DNA from: Candidatus Levyibacteriota bacterium
Lineage (GTDB): Bacteria; Patescibacteriota; Microgenomatia; Levybacterales; UBA12049
Length of the DNA: 64,000 bases
Direction of reading: 5' to 3'
Assembly (NCBI GenBank): GCA_016432345.1
Contig: CP066685.1
Coordinates: 496,236-560,235 of the forward strand
Shown here piece after piece: positions 20,753 to 30,985 of this stretch. A program made the position numbers and the translations under genes. How positions within the stretch are numbered: position 1 is the stretch's first letter; the number at the start of each line of letters is the position of its first letter. Under the pieces are notes generated by a model. It saw nothing but the letters and a program-made list of their open reading frames with translations. It did no database searches and had not been told where the DNA came from.

Positions 20753-22338
20753 GTATTCTTTCTTTTTTTACTTCTCTTTTTTTTGGTATATGGATTACTC
20801 GTAATATCCTTTTTTGGATATCACTTTGGCAAACAAAAGAGTATCGTTTTGATCGGATGTGGGCGCATATTAAAGATACAGAGCAAGGAAGAGGTCTGTT
20901 TTTATCCCCCTTGTTACTGCTTAAACTTTTAGGAATTTTTGCTTATGGATTTGTTATCTATGAAAATTCATTGCTTCTTTCGTATCAAGTACTGATTGGA
21001 TTACTTTTTTTGTATCAGGCAAAAGATGTCTTTTTGGAAGTTCGTTCTCACACGCTTAAGAGACCAGTATTTACTCCAAAAGCATTTGTTATTTTTCTTC
21101 TTAGCATTATTGTTGCTTCTGTTTTTTTCTTCCTGCCATTTCTTGAAGAGTCTTTATGGTTTCTTATTTTAGATAGAATTGTACCTATTTTTGTTGCTCT
21201 TTTTATTTTCTTTTTTTCTTTTCCAACAGAACTATATAGGGATTTTCAAATAGGCAAAGCAGAGGAGAAAATTCGAAGAAACAAAAAGCTACTTACTATT
21301 GGGATAACAGGCAGTTATGGAAAAAGTTCTACAAAAGAGTATGTTGCTCAGATTTTAAGAAAAAAATTTAGAGTTCTTAAAACAAAAGGAACAAATAATA
21401 CTGCAATTGGTGTGGCAAATACTATTTTGGCGGGACTACAACAAGCAACAGAAATATTTGTTGTTGAGATGGGTGCGTATAAAAGGGGAGAAATTGCACA
21501 AATTTGTAGAATTGTTCATCCCAAAATTGGCATACTTACGGCGGTAAACAAGCAACACGTTTCTCTTTTTGGAAGTTTGGAGAATACGATTGCCACAAAA
21601 TACGAGCTTATAGATTCTTTGCCCAATAATGGTTTGGCTATCTTTAATGGCAATAATATAAATACAGATAATCTATATCTAAAAACAGATAAAAGGAAAG
21701 TGTTGTATGTATGCGAGAAGTCGGTAAAAAATGCTCAGATTGTCGCAACAAATGTACAAGTTAAAAAAACCTCTGTCTCATTTACCATTGTATATAGGAA
21801 AAAAAAGATTCGACTACAAGCGCCAGTCATTGGAAGTCATACTGTTGAAAATATCTTGCCAGCAATTTATCTTGGACTTTATTTGCATATGAAAGATGAG
21901 GAAATAAGAGACGCAGTATCATCATTTACTCCACCGCAACACACCATGACGCGGCACGAACTCGGAGGTGTTAGTTTGATTGACGATACGTTTAATGCAA
22001 ATCCGCAATCAGTACTTGCCGCACTTTTATATATGAGCATATATACTGAAAAAAAAATACTTGTGATGCAACCAATGATTGAGCTTGGAAAAGATGCCCA
22101 TTTGGAACATAAACGAATTGGAAAGGCAGTGGCAGACGTTTGCGACTATTTGTTGTTAACAAATAATAATTATCGTAAAGACATTCTTGAAGGAATTAAA
22201 AAAGGAGAAAAAAAATGCCATGTATATATTGGAAGCGCTTTGGAAATTATAAAATTTATTGAATCGCATACTAAAAAAGGAGATGTGGTTGTTTTTGAAG
22301 GAAAAGAAGCAGGGTTGCCGCTTGAGAAAATTTTATGA
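20749..22338 (+). CDS. murF: MurF-family ligase with N-terminal transmembrane domain
   Basis: About 160 hydrophobic N-terminal residues, then GITGSYGKSSTKE, VVEMGA, IDDTFNANP, MIELG. Confidence 0.82.
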   Translation: MSILSFFTSLFFGIWITRNILFWISLWQTKEYRFDRMWAHIKDTEQGRGLFLSPLLLLKLLGIFAYGFVIYENSLLLSYQVLIGLLFLYQAKDVFLEVRSHTLKRPVFTPKAFVIFLLSIIVASVFFFLPFLEESLWFLILDRIVPIFVALFIFFFSFPTELYRDFQIGKAEEKIRRNKKLLTIGITGSYGKSSTKEYVAQILRKKFRVLKTKGTNNTAIGVANTILAGLQQATEIFVVEMGAYKRGEIAQICRIVHPKIGILTAVNKQHVSLFGSLENTIATKYELIDSLPNNGLAIFNGNNINTDNLYLKTDKRKVLYVCEKSVKNAQIVATNVQVKKTSVSFTIVYRKKKIRLQAPVIGSHTVENILPAIYLGLYLHMKDEEIRDAVSSFTPPQHTMTRHELGGVSLIDDTFNANPQSVLAALLYMSIYTEKKILVMQPMIELGKDAHLEHKRIGKAVADVCDYLLLTNNNYRKDILEGIKKGEKKCHVYIGSALEIIKFIESHTKKGDVVVFEGKEAGLPLEKIL

Positions 22339-23570
22339 AACGACCAATTGCCATCGGACTTTCTCCAAATCTTGAAGGAAAAGATATTTTGTTTGCATTT
22401 CGTTTGTTGTGTATGCCAACTCGATGGCTTCGGGGTAATGGAGAGAAAAGGCTAGAAGCCTGGTTTAATACATTTTTCGCCCCGTTTTCTACAATAAGTT
22501 TTGTCAGTGGTCGTGGCGCACTTTTTGCAGTGCTTAAAGCTTTTGATATAAAAGCGGGAGATGAAGTGATTTTGCAGGCGTTTACGTGTTCGGTGGTACC
22601 AAATGCTATATTGGCCTGTGGAGCAACACCTATTTATGCGGATATAACTGATTCGTTGACTTTTGATTCTAAAAGAATAGAGCAAAAGATTTCAAAAAAA
22701 ACAAAAGCAATTATTGTTCAGCATACATTTGGGATACCAAGTGATATGGAGGTAATTTGTAGCATTGCAAAACAGCACAAGCTTTTTGTTATTGAAGACT
22801 GCGCGCATGTAATTGGTGGAGAGTTAAAAGGGCAAAAACTTGGCACGTTTGGAGATGCGGCGATTTTTAGTTTTGGGAGAGATAAGGCATTTTCATCGGT
22901 TTTTGGCGGTGTGGCGATTACAAAAGAAAAAGATGTTGTTAAAAGATTACAACAGATACAGCAATTACAAGCATATCCTTCGGTTTTTTGGTTGTTACAG
23001 CAGTTGTTGCATCCGATTGCAGCGGGTATTGTTTTGCCTCTTTACGATTTTTTTGGAATTGGAAAATTATTGCTTGTTTTGTTTCAGAAATTAAAATTAT
23101 TGTCTTTTCCAATAAAGTCGGAAGAAAAGAAAGGGAAGATGTCTATCTTCTTTGTGAAAAAAATGCCAAACGCGTTGGCAGAATTGGCACTGTTTCAATT
23201 ATCGAGACTCTCGGAGTTTAATAAAAAACGAGCAGAAGCAGCCTCTTCGTATCTGGAAGCGTTTGGAGTTCAAAACAAAATTATTGAGCAACAAAAAATG
23301 CCTCTCTTGCGGTTTCCACTTTTTGTGCAGAATCGAGATAAATTATTATTTTTAGCAAAGAAACAACATATCTATCTTGGAGCATGGTATAGCGAAATTA
23401 TTGATCCGAAAGGAGTGTTCCTTGAAAAGGTATATTATAAAAGAGGGTCATGTCCAAAAGCAGAAAATATTGCTGAAAGAATAATCAATTTGCCAACTTA
23501 TCCAACTTTATCAAAAGGTGAGCGAGAGAGGGTAATTAATTTTATGAAAGTATATGTACGAAATTCGTGA
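22335..23570 (+). CDS. DegT/DnrJ/EryC1/StrS-family PLP aminotransferase
   Basis: SGRGAL, QHTFG, VIEDCAH, FSFGRDK (PLP Lys), INLPT. Confidence 0.88.
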   Translation: MKRPIAIGLSPNLEGKDILFAFRLLCMPTRWLRGNGEKRLEAWFNTFFAPFSTISFVSGRGALFAVLKAFDIKAGDEVILQAFTCSVVPNAILACGATPIYADITDSLTFDSKRIEQKISKKTKAIIVQHTFGIPSDMEVICSIAKQHKLFVIEDCAHVIGGELKGQKLGTFGDAAIFSFGRDKAFSSVFGGVAITKEKDVVKRLQQIQQLQAYPSVFWLLQQLLHPIAAGIVLPLYDFFGIGKLLLVLFQKLKLLSFPIKSEEKKGKMSIFFVKKMPNALAELALFQLSRLSEFNKKRAEAASSYLEAFGVQNKIIEQQKMPLLRFPLFVQNRDKLLFLAKKQHIYLGAWYSEIIDPKGVFLEKVYYKRGSCPKAENIAERIINLPTYPTLSKGERERVINFMKVYVRNS

Positions 23571-24576
23571 TATTACAAAAAAGAAAATTTGGGATGATTT
23601 TCTTCTGCAAAAAGAGGTAGTTTTTTACCCTTTTTTTCAAGCATGGGAATGGGGAGAGGTACAGCGGCGTATGGCGCGTAGCGTATGGCGAGTAGGAGTC
23701 TTTGACGAGGAAAAGCTTGTGGCAGTTTGTCAGATTGTTAAGGTAGTGGCAAAGCGCGGTACCTATTTGCATCTTCGGCATGGGCCGGTGCTTTTGCCGT
23801 TTGATTGGGAAGTGTTTGATGAAATTATTAATTACTCCAAAAAGTTGGCTGCTGAAGAAAGAGCGTCGTTTATTCGCATAAGTCCGGTTGTACCAAAGGA
23901 GTACGTGGACTTTGCAAATCTGAAAAAACGCGGTTTTCGGGATAGCGCTATGCACAATATGGATGCAGAGATTTGTTGGGTTTTGGATATAACAAAACCA
24001 GAAAATGAGTTGTTGAAAGAAATGAGAAAGTCGCATAGGTATCTTATTAAAAAAGCCCTTGGAATGGGAATAAAGATAATGGTATCCAAAGACACAGTAG
24101 ACCTTACTAAGTTTTTTCCGTTGTATCAAGATTTATCCAAGCGTAAACATTTTGTACCTCATAAAGGAGTACAGGAGGAATTTGATGTGTTTGCCAAAAA
24201 TGATGAGGAATTGCTTTTTTTAGCAACCTATAATGGAAAAGTTATCAGCGGGGCAATCATTGCCTTTGTTGGTAAAATGGCAATTTATCGTCATGGTGCG
24301 TCGGATAATGAATTTCGGGATATTCCGGCATCGTATTTAATCCAGTGGGAAGCAATGCGAGAGGCAAAAAAGCGGGGGATGGCTATATATAATTTTTGGG
24401 GCATTGCATCAAATGATCGAAAAACCCATCCATGGTATGGATTATCGCTTTTTAAAATGGGATTTGGAGGAAAAAGACTTGAATTTCTTCACGCTCAAGA
24501 TTTACCACTAACTTTTTCCTATTGGAAAACAAATCTTATCGAACGCATCTCGACCTGGAGAAAGGGATATTTTTAA
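23554..24576 (+). CDS. FemAB/FemX-family peptidoglycan bridge aminoacyltransferase
   Basis: FFQAWEWG, HGP, LDIT..E..LL..MRKSHRY, YRHGAS, QWEAMREAK, YNFWGI, FKMGFGG. Confidence 0.88.
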   Translation: MYEIRDITKKKIWDDFLLQKEVVFYPFFQAWEWGEVQRRMARSVWRVGVFDEEKLVAVCQIVKVVAKRGTYLHLRHGPVLLPFDWEVFDEIINYSKKLAAEERASFIRISPVVPKEYVDFANLKKRGFRDSAMHNMDAEICWVLDITKPENELLKEMRKSHRYLIKKALGMGIKIMVSKDTVDLTKFFPLYQDLSKRKHFVPHKGVQEEFDVFAKNDEELLFLATYNGKVISGAIIAFVGKMAIYRHGASDNEFRDIPASYLIQWEAMREAKKRGMAIYNFWGIASNDRKTHPWYGLSLFKMGFGGKRLEFLHAQDLPLTFSYWKTNLIERISTWRKGYF

Positions 24577-24693
24577 ACGACTGTCGTTATAAATGTTGTC
24601 AAATCAAGCTAAATAGATATTTAGTAAAATAATAGTAATAGTGTTTAGTCTGAGTTTGCGTAGTATGGGGCAATCGGAGTATAATATGAAGTT

Positions 24694-25710
24694 ATGGCGC
24701 AGGTGTTGGGGCTGATTATCCTTTCTTTTTTTATCACAGGCATACTTTTGGTTCCGTTTATTGATTTTCTCTATAAAATAAAGCTGCAGCGGCAGGTGCA
24801 AAAAACCAAGGATATGTTTGAAAAGCGGACTCCGCTTTTTGACAAGCATCATGCTTGGAAAGTAGGCACTCCTTTTGGTGGAGGAGTATTAATTATTGTT
24901 GTAGTATCTATTCTTACCCTTTGGGCATACGGCATGTTTGGTATTCTCATAAAGCCATGGGAGCTTTTTGTGCTCCTTTTTTCCTTTATCGGCTTTGGGC
25001 TACTTGGTTTGTACGATGATGTAAAAAAGCTTGTTAATGGCAAAAAAGCATCGGTTTTGGGCTTGCGCTTTCGACATAAATTCCTAATTCAGTGGTTTTT
25101 GGCCTTTATTATTGCCGCAGTTATGTATACTCAACTTGGGTACTCATTTATTTTTATTCATGGTTTTGGGCTGGCGACCATTGGCATTTTATACGTGTTT
25201 TTTGCCGCATTTGTGATTGTATCTTTTACCAACGCATTTAATATTGCCGATGGATTGGATGGTTTGGCAAGCGGTTTACTTTTAATTTGTCTCGGCGCGT
25301 TTTTGGCAATTGCATCATCCCAGCTTGACGATGCTCTGGGAGTATTTATTGCAGTGTTAATGGGAAGCGTCATGGCCTTTTTGTACTTTAATATTTATCG
25401 GGCGCGGCTTTGGCTTGGCGATGTTGGGTCTATGTCTTTGGGAGCGGCGCTTGCGGTAATAGGGCTTTTAACTGGAAAAACTCTTGCCTTGGCAGTTATT
25501 GGAGGAGTATTTGTTATCGAAGTAGGATCGTCTCTTATCCAAATTTTGGGTAAAAATTTTTTGGGTAAAAAAATTTTTCACGCAGCGCCATTTCACCTTT
25601 ATTTGCAAGAGCGAGGTTGGGAAGAACCAAAAATTGTGATGAGGGCTTGGCTGTTAGGGTTTCTCTTTGCCATTATTGGTTTGTATCTTGCATTTATTAA
25701 AGTTGGGTAG
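24694..25710 (+). CDS. mraY: Phospho-N-acetylmuramoyl-pentapeptide transferase
   Basis: KVGTPFGGG, GLYDD, NAFNIADGLDGL, GDVGS, APFHL; promoter TTGCGT-18-TATAAT upstream. Confidence 0.94.
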   Translation: MAQVLGLIILSFFITGILLVPFIDFLYKIKLQRQVQKTKDMFEKRTPLFDKHHAWKVGTPFGGGVLIIVVVSILTLWAYGMFGILIKPWELFVLLFSFIGFGLLGLYDDVKKLVNGKKASVLGLRFRHKFLIQWFLAFIIAAVMYTQLGYSFIFIHGFGLATIGILYVFFAAFVIVSFTNAFNIADGLDGLASGLLLICLGAFLAIASSQLDDALGVFIAVLMGSVMAFLYFNIYRARLWLGDVGSMSLGAALAVIGLLTGKTLALAVIGGVFVIEVGSSLIQILGKNFLGKKIFHAAPFHLYLQERGWEEPKIVMRAWLLGFLFAIIGLYLAFIKVG

Positions 25711-25719
25711 GCATGAGGC

Positions 25720-26793
25720 ATGAAAAAAATAGACATAGCACTGCTCGCGACCGCATTGCTTCTGACTTTATTTGGTCTTCTTATGATTTATGATGCTTCT
25801 TCATTTATTGCCTTTAGGGATTTTTTAGATAAGTATCATTATATTAAAGAACAATTTCGTTGGGCGACACTTGGTTTTTTGGGACTTTTAGTTTTTTCGT
25901 ATATTGATTATCACAAACTATATTCTCTTGCGTTTCCTGGTCTTATTGTGGCCCTTGTACTTTTACTTTTGGTTTTTGTACCTGGCATTGGCGTTTATGT
26001 TTTGGGGTCGCGCCGTTGGATTAATACTGGTTTTTTTATCTTGCAGCCTGCGGAGTTTGCAAAACTGGCTCTTGCCATTTATTTGTCTGCATGGTTTTCC
26101 AAAAAAGAAAAAGGAAGGTCAATTGCTTTTTTTATGCTTTTAGGTCTTGTTGTTGGGCTTATTATGCTTGAACCAGATATGGGAACAGCCAGCATTGTGC
26201 TTTTTGAGGCTTTAATCGCGTTTTTTTTATCTGGCGGAAGTATTGCTCTTTTTTTTCTGCTTGGGCCAGTTGTGGCTTTATTTGGATTTATTTTTATTAA
26301 ACTTGAGCCATACCGATTTGAACGATTAACGGCATTTTTAAAGCCAATTGATTCTCTTTCTAATTCTTCGTATCATATAAAACAAATTCTTATTGCTTTT
26401 GGTATGGGAGGTTTTGGTGGAGTAGGTTTAGGAAATTCTATACAAAAATATGCGTATCTTCCCGAGAATACAACAGATTCAATTTTTGCAATCATTGCGG
26501 AAGAGCTGGGATTTATTGGTTCGTTTATATTAATACTGGTGTATATAATTCTTATTTGGAGAGGTTTTCTTATAGCTAGTTGCGCCCGTGATACATTTGG
26601 TAAACTTTTGGCAGGAACAATTATTTCGTTTTTGTCAATTCAGATTATTATTAACTTAATGGCGCAAACTGTGCTTATTCCTTTGACTGGTGTGCCGCTG
26701 CCATTTATTTCGTATGGAGGGTCGGCTCTTGTTGTTGATTTGTGCGCAATTGGAATACTGCTTAATATAGCAAAGCAGGGTAATATGTCATAA
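25720..26793 (+). CDS. ftsW: SEDS peptidoglycan polymerase FtsW
   Basis: RRWI, QPAEFAK, EPDMGT, LPENTTDSIFAIIAEELG, GVPLPFISYGGS; in dcw cluster. Confidence 0.93.
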   Translation: MKKIDIALLATALLLTLFGLLMIYDASSFIAFRDFLDKYHYIKEQFRWATLGFLGLLVFSYIDYHKLYSLAFPGLIVALVLLLLVFVPGIGVYVLGSRRWINTGFFILQPAEFAKLALAIYLSAWFSKKEKGRSIAFFMLLGLVVGLIMLEPDMGTASIVLFEALIAFFLSGGSIALFFLLGPVVALFGFIFIKLEPYRFERLTAFLKPIDSLSNSSYHIKQILIAFGMGGFGGVGLGNSIQKYAYLPENTTDSIFAIIAEELGFIGSFILILVYIILIWRGFLIASCARDTFGKLLAGTIISFLSIQIIINLMAQTVLIPLTGVPLPFISYGGSALVVDLCAIGILLNIAKQGNMS

Positions 26794-26797
26794 AGAT

Positions 26798-27907
26798 ATG
26801 AAAATTCTTATTACAGGAGGAGGTCACTTTTCGCCAGCAATGGCAGTAATTGAGTCGTTGCCAAAAGGCATAAGCGTATTGATGGTGGGTCGAAAGTACT
26901 CATTTGAAGGCGACAACGCGCTATCTATTGAGTATATAGTATGTCAAGAAAGAGGTATTCCATTTATTGCATTATCAACCGGAAGATTACAACGTAAGTT
27001 TACAAAATATACAATTTCCTCTCTTTTGAAAATTCCATTTGGATTTTTTAAAGCACAAAAAATAATGCGTGATTTTAAGCCAGATGTGGTGTTGTCGTTT
27101 GGCGGATATATTTCGCTGCCAGTTGTTTTGGCAGCATATGCGTTTAGGACTCCTATTGTGGTGCATGAACAAACGCTTGAAGCAGGAATGGCAAATAAAA
27201 TTGCATCGTATTTTACGAAAAAAGTTTGTATTTCATGGGAATCATCAAGAAAGTTTTTTCCGAAAAAGAAAGTTGTATTAACGGGAAACCCGATTAGAAG
27301 ATTTAAGATTAAAGATTTAAGATTAAAGATTAAAGATGACGAGAAATTGCCGATTATTTATGTAACTGGGGGGAGTTCGGGGTCGCATGCGATTAACCTG
27401 TTGGTTGAAGGATGTATTGAAGGGCTTTTGGAAAATTTCATTGTATTTCATCAAACAGGCGATGCAAAAGAATTTAATGATTTTGAAAGACTTAATACAT
27501 TTAAAAAAACTTTAAAAAGCTCGTTGCAGAAGCGGTATATTTTAGAAAAATTTGTGCCAATGCAGAATGTTGGAGAGGTAATTAATCGAGCGGATCTAAT
27601 TATATCAAGATCGGGAATCAACACAATAACAGAGCTGTTATTTTTTGGTAAACCTGCAATACTTATTCCTATAACATTTTCTCAAAGAAACGAGCAGTTG
27701 AAAAATGCTACTTTTTTGCAAGAACACGGCTTGGCAAAAGTACTGGAACAAGAGACGACAACAAGCGAAACGCTTTATCAGGAAATTTTAGAGATGCTAA
27801 AGCAGAAAAACGAATATATGAAATCCGCAAAAGAGGCAAAAAAGCTTGTTATTCCAGATGCTCGAGAAAGAATACTTGCTGTACTGCAGCAAGTTGTGAA
27901 AAAATAG
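26798..27907 (+). CDS. murG: Lipid II GlcNAc transferase MurG
   Basis: TGGGHFSPA, FGGYIS, HEQ, TGNPIR, GGSSGS, SRSG, EQLKNA. Confidence 0.94.
   Translation: MKILITGGGHFSPAMAVIESLPKGISVLMVGRKYSFEGDNALSIEYIVCQERGIPFIALSTGRLQRKFTKYTISSLLKIPFGFFKAQKIMRDFKPDVVLSFGGYISLPVVLAAYAFRTPIVVHEQTLEAGMANKIASYFTKKVCISWESSRKFFPKKKVVLTGNPIRRFKIKDLRLKIKDDEKLPIIYVTGGSSGSHAINLLVEGCIEGLLENFIVFHQTGDAKEFNDFERLNTFKKTLKSSLQKRYILEKFVPMQNVGEVINRADLIISRSGINTITELLFFGKPAILIPITFSQRNEQLKNATFLQEHGLAKVLEQETTTSETLYQEILEMLKQKNEYMKSAKEAKKLVIPDARERILAVLQQVVKK
27298..27337 (+). repeat. (AAGATTW)x~6 heptamer tandem repeat inside murG
   Basis: Units AAGATTT, AAGATTA, AAGATTT, AAGATTA, AAGATTA, AAGAT; encodes RFKIKDLRLKIKD. Confidence 0.93.
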
Positions 27908-27912
27908 ATAAC

Positions 27913-28338
27913 ATGAGGTCAAGATCTGCTCCAGCAAGAAGTAAGAAGCGTATTGTAAAAACAATTCTTTTTTCTGCTCTATGTTCGTTTATGTTTTTTA
28001 GCAGTGTTTCTTTATTGTACGTTGTTAAGTTTTGGCAAAAAAAAACATTTATAAGTCCGATTGCAAAAGAAACATTTGACTCAAATATTTACGATATCAA
28101 TAGTCTTCAAACTCTGCTGAAGGATAAAAATATTTCGTTTTCTTCTGTTTCGCCTTTTGATAATGCGTCTTATTTAGTGTATCTTAAAACTGGAGAGGAA
28201 GTGCTATTTTCTTCAAAAAAGCCATACGATATGCAAGTTTCCTCTTTACAACTGATTATCGCCAGGCTTACAATAGAGGGAAAGCGCTTCTCGCGTTTGG
28301 ATTTTCGGTTTGATAAGCCCGCCATAATAATTCGGTAA
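27913..28338 (+). CDS. Minimal FtsQ/DivIB-like protein
   Basis: Basic N-tail, one TM, C-terminal RLDFRFDKP resembling the FtsQ DLR end; lies between murG and ftsA. Confidence 0.6.
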   Translation: MRSRSAPARSKKRIVKTILFSALCSFMFFSSVSLLYVVKFWQKKTFISPIAKETFDSNIYDINSLQTLLKDKNISFSSVSPFDNASYLVYLKTGEEVLFSSKKPYDMQVSSLQLIIARLTIEGKRFSRLDFRFDKPAIIIR

Positions 28339-28343
28339 AAAGT

Positions 28344-29663
28344 ATGACTGATGGAAAAATAGTTGTTGGTGTAGACATTGGTACTTCAAAGATTGTTACT
28401 CTTATTGCCAAGATAAGCAGTGACGATATTGTTCATGTTTTGGGGGTTTCCGAAATAAAATCCTCGGGAATACGAAAAGGACAAATTGTTGATATAGAAG
28501 ATGCAGTTTCTGCAATTAATGCCTCACTTGAAGCTGCAGAGCGAATGGCTGGATATTCGGTATCTAAAGTTGTTGCTTCAATTGGCGGAAGTCATATAGA
28601 AAGCCAAAATTCAAAAGGCGTTGTAGCTGTTTCAACACCCGAAGGAGAGATAACGCCATCTGATCTGCAGCGTGTGATTGATGCTGCTAGAGCGGTATCA
28701 ATTTCGTCAAGCCGTGAGATTATTCACGTGTTGCCTCGAAACTACACAGTTGATGGACAAGAGGGGATTAAGGATCCAATTGGCATGACAGGGATTAGAC
28801 TTGAAGTGGATACGCATATTATTACAGCATCGGCAACATCCATACGAAATCTGGAAAAAGCGCTCGGCGAAGTAGGTGTTGATGTTGACGCAATTGTTTT
28901 TAGCGGTTATGCCAGCAGTATTTCGGTGTTGTCGGATACAGAGAAAGAACTTGGTGTTATTTTGGCCGATATTGGCGCTGGTACAACAGATATATCAATT
29001 TACGTTGACGGATCGGTTTCGTATTCTTCGGTTTTACCAATTGGCGCGCGGCACATTACCAACGATTTAGCAATTGGATTACGCATATCGCTTGAAAGCG
29101 CCGAAAAGATAAAGCTATATCTTTCCGAAGGGCAAAAAACAAAAACCAGAATTGAATATGACGAAGAGATTGGTCCAAAAGAAAAAGAGTCTAAAGCAGA
29201 TTTTGTGGCAAAAGGAGACGAGGTAGACTTATCCCATCTAAATTTGCCGGAAGAAATTCGCAAAGTCTCAAAAAAAACTTTGATAGATGGAATTATTCGC
29301 CCTAGACTTAATGAAATTTTTACTTTTGTGGGTATCGAGTTAAAAAAGAGCGGTTTTGCCGGCCAAACACCATCTGGTATTGTGGTAACGGGTGGAGGAG
29401 CAAAAACAATTGGTATTTCAGAATCAGCAAAGCGCATGCTGGCAATGCCTGTTAGAGTTGGTTTGCCAAAAGGACTAAAAGGAATAACAGACGAAATAGA
29501 AGATCCTGCATTTTCAACAGCAGTTGGACTTATTTTATGCGGATCGAAAATAGAAGAAACATCGTCGTTGCCGTTTGGTATAACACTCCCTTCATTACCG
29601 GCTCTTCGTTTGGGGAAAATGCCCCAGAAAGTAATTTCGTTTCTTAAATCCTTCATGCCATAA
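28344..29663 (+). CDS. ftsA: Cell division protein FtsA
   Basis: GVDIGTSKI, DPIGMTGIRLEV, DIGAGTTD, VVTGGGA. Confidence 0.96.
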   Translation: MTDGKIVVGVDIGTSKIVTLIAKISSDDIVHVLGVSEIKSSGIRKGQIVDIEDAVSAINASLEAAERMAGYSVSKVVASIGGSHIESQNSKGVVAVSTPEGEITPSDLQRVIDAARAVSISSSREIIHVLPRNYTVDGQEGIKDPIGMTGIRLEVDTHIITASATSIRNLEKALGEVGVDVDAIVFSGYASSISVLSDTEKELGVILADIGAGTTDISIYVDGSVSYSSVLPIGARHITNDLAIGLRISLESAEKIKLYLSEGQKTKTRIEYDEEIGPKEKESKADFVAKGDEVDLSHLNLPEEIRKVSKKTLIDGIIRPRLNEIFTFVGIELKKSGFAGQTPSGIVVTGGGAKTIGISESAKRMLAMPVRVGLPKGLKGITDEIEDPAFSTAVGLILCGSKIEETSSLPFGITLPSLPALRLGKMPQKVISFLKSFMP

Positions 29664-29729
29664 AAACAAAATATTGGAGGTATTGCAAATTTTTTTTTTA
29701 TCTGTTAGGATGGTTTCAACTTTCAAAGT

Positions 29730-30824
29730 ATGTTAATTAAACCTCAAACAGCAAACTTTGCTAAAATCCGCGTGATGGGTATTGGCGGCGGAGGAAATAA
29801 CGCCTTAAATTCTATGATTGCCCAAAGCCAAATTCAGGGAGTTGATTTTATCGCCGTTAACACCGATGCACAGGCATTATTAATGTGTCAATCTGCCACA
29901 AAACTGCAAATTGGTGATAATTTTACCAAAGGGCTTGGTTCTGGAGGCAATCCAGAAGTTGGAAGACAAGCGGCAGAGGAGTCGCAGCAAAAAATTAAAG
30001 ATATTTTAGAAGGAACAGACATGGTGTTTTTGGCTGCTGGAATGGGAGGCGGTACGGGAACAGGCGCAACGCCGATTATTGCTCAAGTTGCCAAAGAAGT
30101 TGGCGCTTTAACAATTGCCGTTGTTACAAAACCGTTTTCATTTGAAGGGACGCGTCGCATGGTAACGGCAGAAGACGGTGTCGAAGGTTTGCGTGATAAA
30201 GTTGATACATTAATTGTTATTCCTAACCAAAGGATATTGGATGTGGTGGATCGAAAACTATCGCTTTTGGAGGCGTTTAAAGTGGCGGATTCTGTGCTTA
30301 CCCAGGGCGTACAGGGAATTTCGGACCTTATTACCATGCCAGGGCTTATTAATGTAGATTTTGCCGATGTAAGAGCCATTATGACAAATGCAGGATCGGC
30401 TTTAATGGGTATTGGAGCTGGTGTTGGAGAAAACAGAGCGCAGACTGCTGCCAGAACCGCTATTTCCTCGCCGCTTTTGGAGATTTCCATGGATGGAGCG
30501 AGAGGAGTTTTATTTAATATTATTGGAGGTCCAGATCTAACCATGTCTGAAGTTGATGAGGCGGCAAAAATTATCGCAGCGGCGGCTGATCCTGATGCCA
30601 ATATTATTTTTGGCGCAACGATTGATGAATCCATGCGGGATCAACTTAAAATTACGGTGGTGGCAACAGGGTTTGACCAGACAAAACAGCGACTTAAAGA
30701 ATTTATTGTCCCAGAAAAAAAGACCGAAGAACAAAAGCCTATGGTTACTTCTTCTTCCCAAAAATCAGAAAACGACGAAGAAGACGTTTTCGAAATCCCC
30801 GCTTTTTTGAGGCAAAGGAATTAA
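29730..30824 (+). CDS. ftsZ: Cell division protein FtsZ
   Basis: [34 protein letters not shown]-terminal [10 protein letters not shown]; promoter TTGCAA-17-TAGGAT upstream. Confidence 0.98.
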   Translation: MLIKPQTANFAKIRVMGIGGGGNNALNSMIAQSQIQGVDFIAVNTDAQALLMCQSATKLQIGDNFTKGLGSGGNPEVGRQAAEESQQKIKDILEGTDMVFLAAGMGGGTGTGATPIIAQVAKEVGALTIAVVTKPFSFEGTRRMVTAEDGVEGLRDKVDTLIVIPNQRILDVVDRKLSLLEAFKVADSVLTQGVQGISDLITMPGLINVDFADVRAIMTNAGSALMGIGAGVGENRAQTAARTAISSPLLEISMDGARGVLFNIIGGPDLTMSEVDEAAKIIAAAADPDANIIFGATIDESMRDQLKITVVATGFDQTKQRLKEFIVPEKKTEEQKPMVTSSSQKSENDEEDVFEIPAFLRQRN

Positions 30825-30947
30825 TTATTAGTTTTTAGGTTAGACATAATCCTATATTATTTGATTTACACCTCTTTTTTTGTTATTATAGTTTCTCTTA
30901 ATAAATTATCGTGAGTTATTTTGATGCATTATGAGTATTGCAGAACA

Positions 30948-30977
30948 ATTCTCGCTTTTTTACGTCAGCGTAATTAA
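30948..30977 (+). repeat. Second copy of ftsZ 3' end (ILAFLRQRN-stop), synonymously diverged
   Basis: att ctc gct ttt tta cgt cag cgt aat taa versus ftsZ atc ccc gct ttt ttg agg caa agg aat taa. Confidence 0.85.
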
Positions 30978-30985
30978 ATCATTTG

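Noticed and set aside
24576..24624. Short palindromes AACGACTGTCGTT and CTAAATAGATATTTAG before mraY
   Set aside because: Short stems, no U-tract; cannot be called terminators
29000..30634. Long antisense ORFs over ftsA and ftsZ (218 and 183 aa)
   Set aside because: Shadow frames of conserved genes with no recognisable motifs
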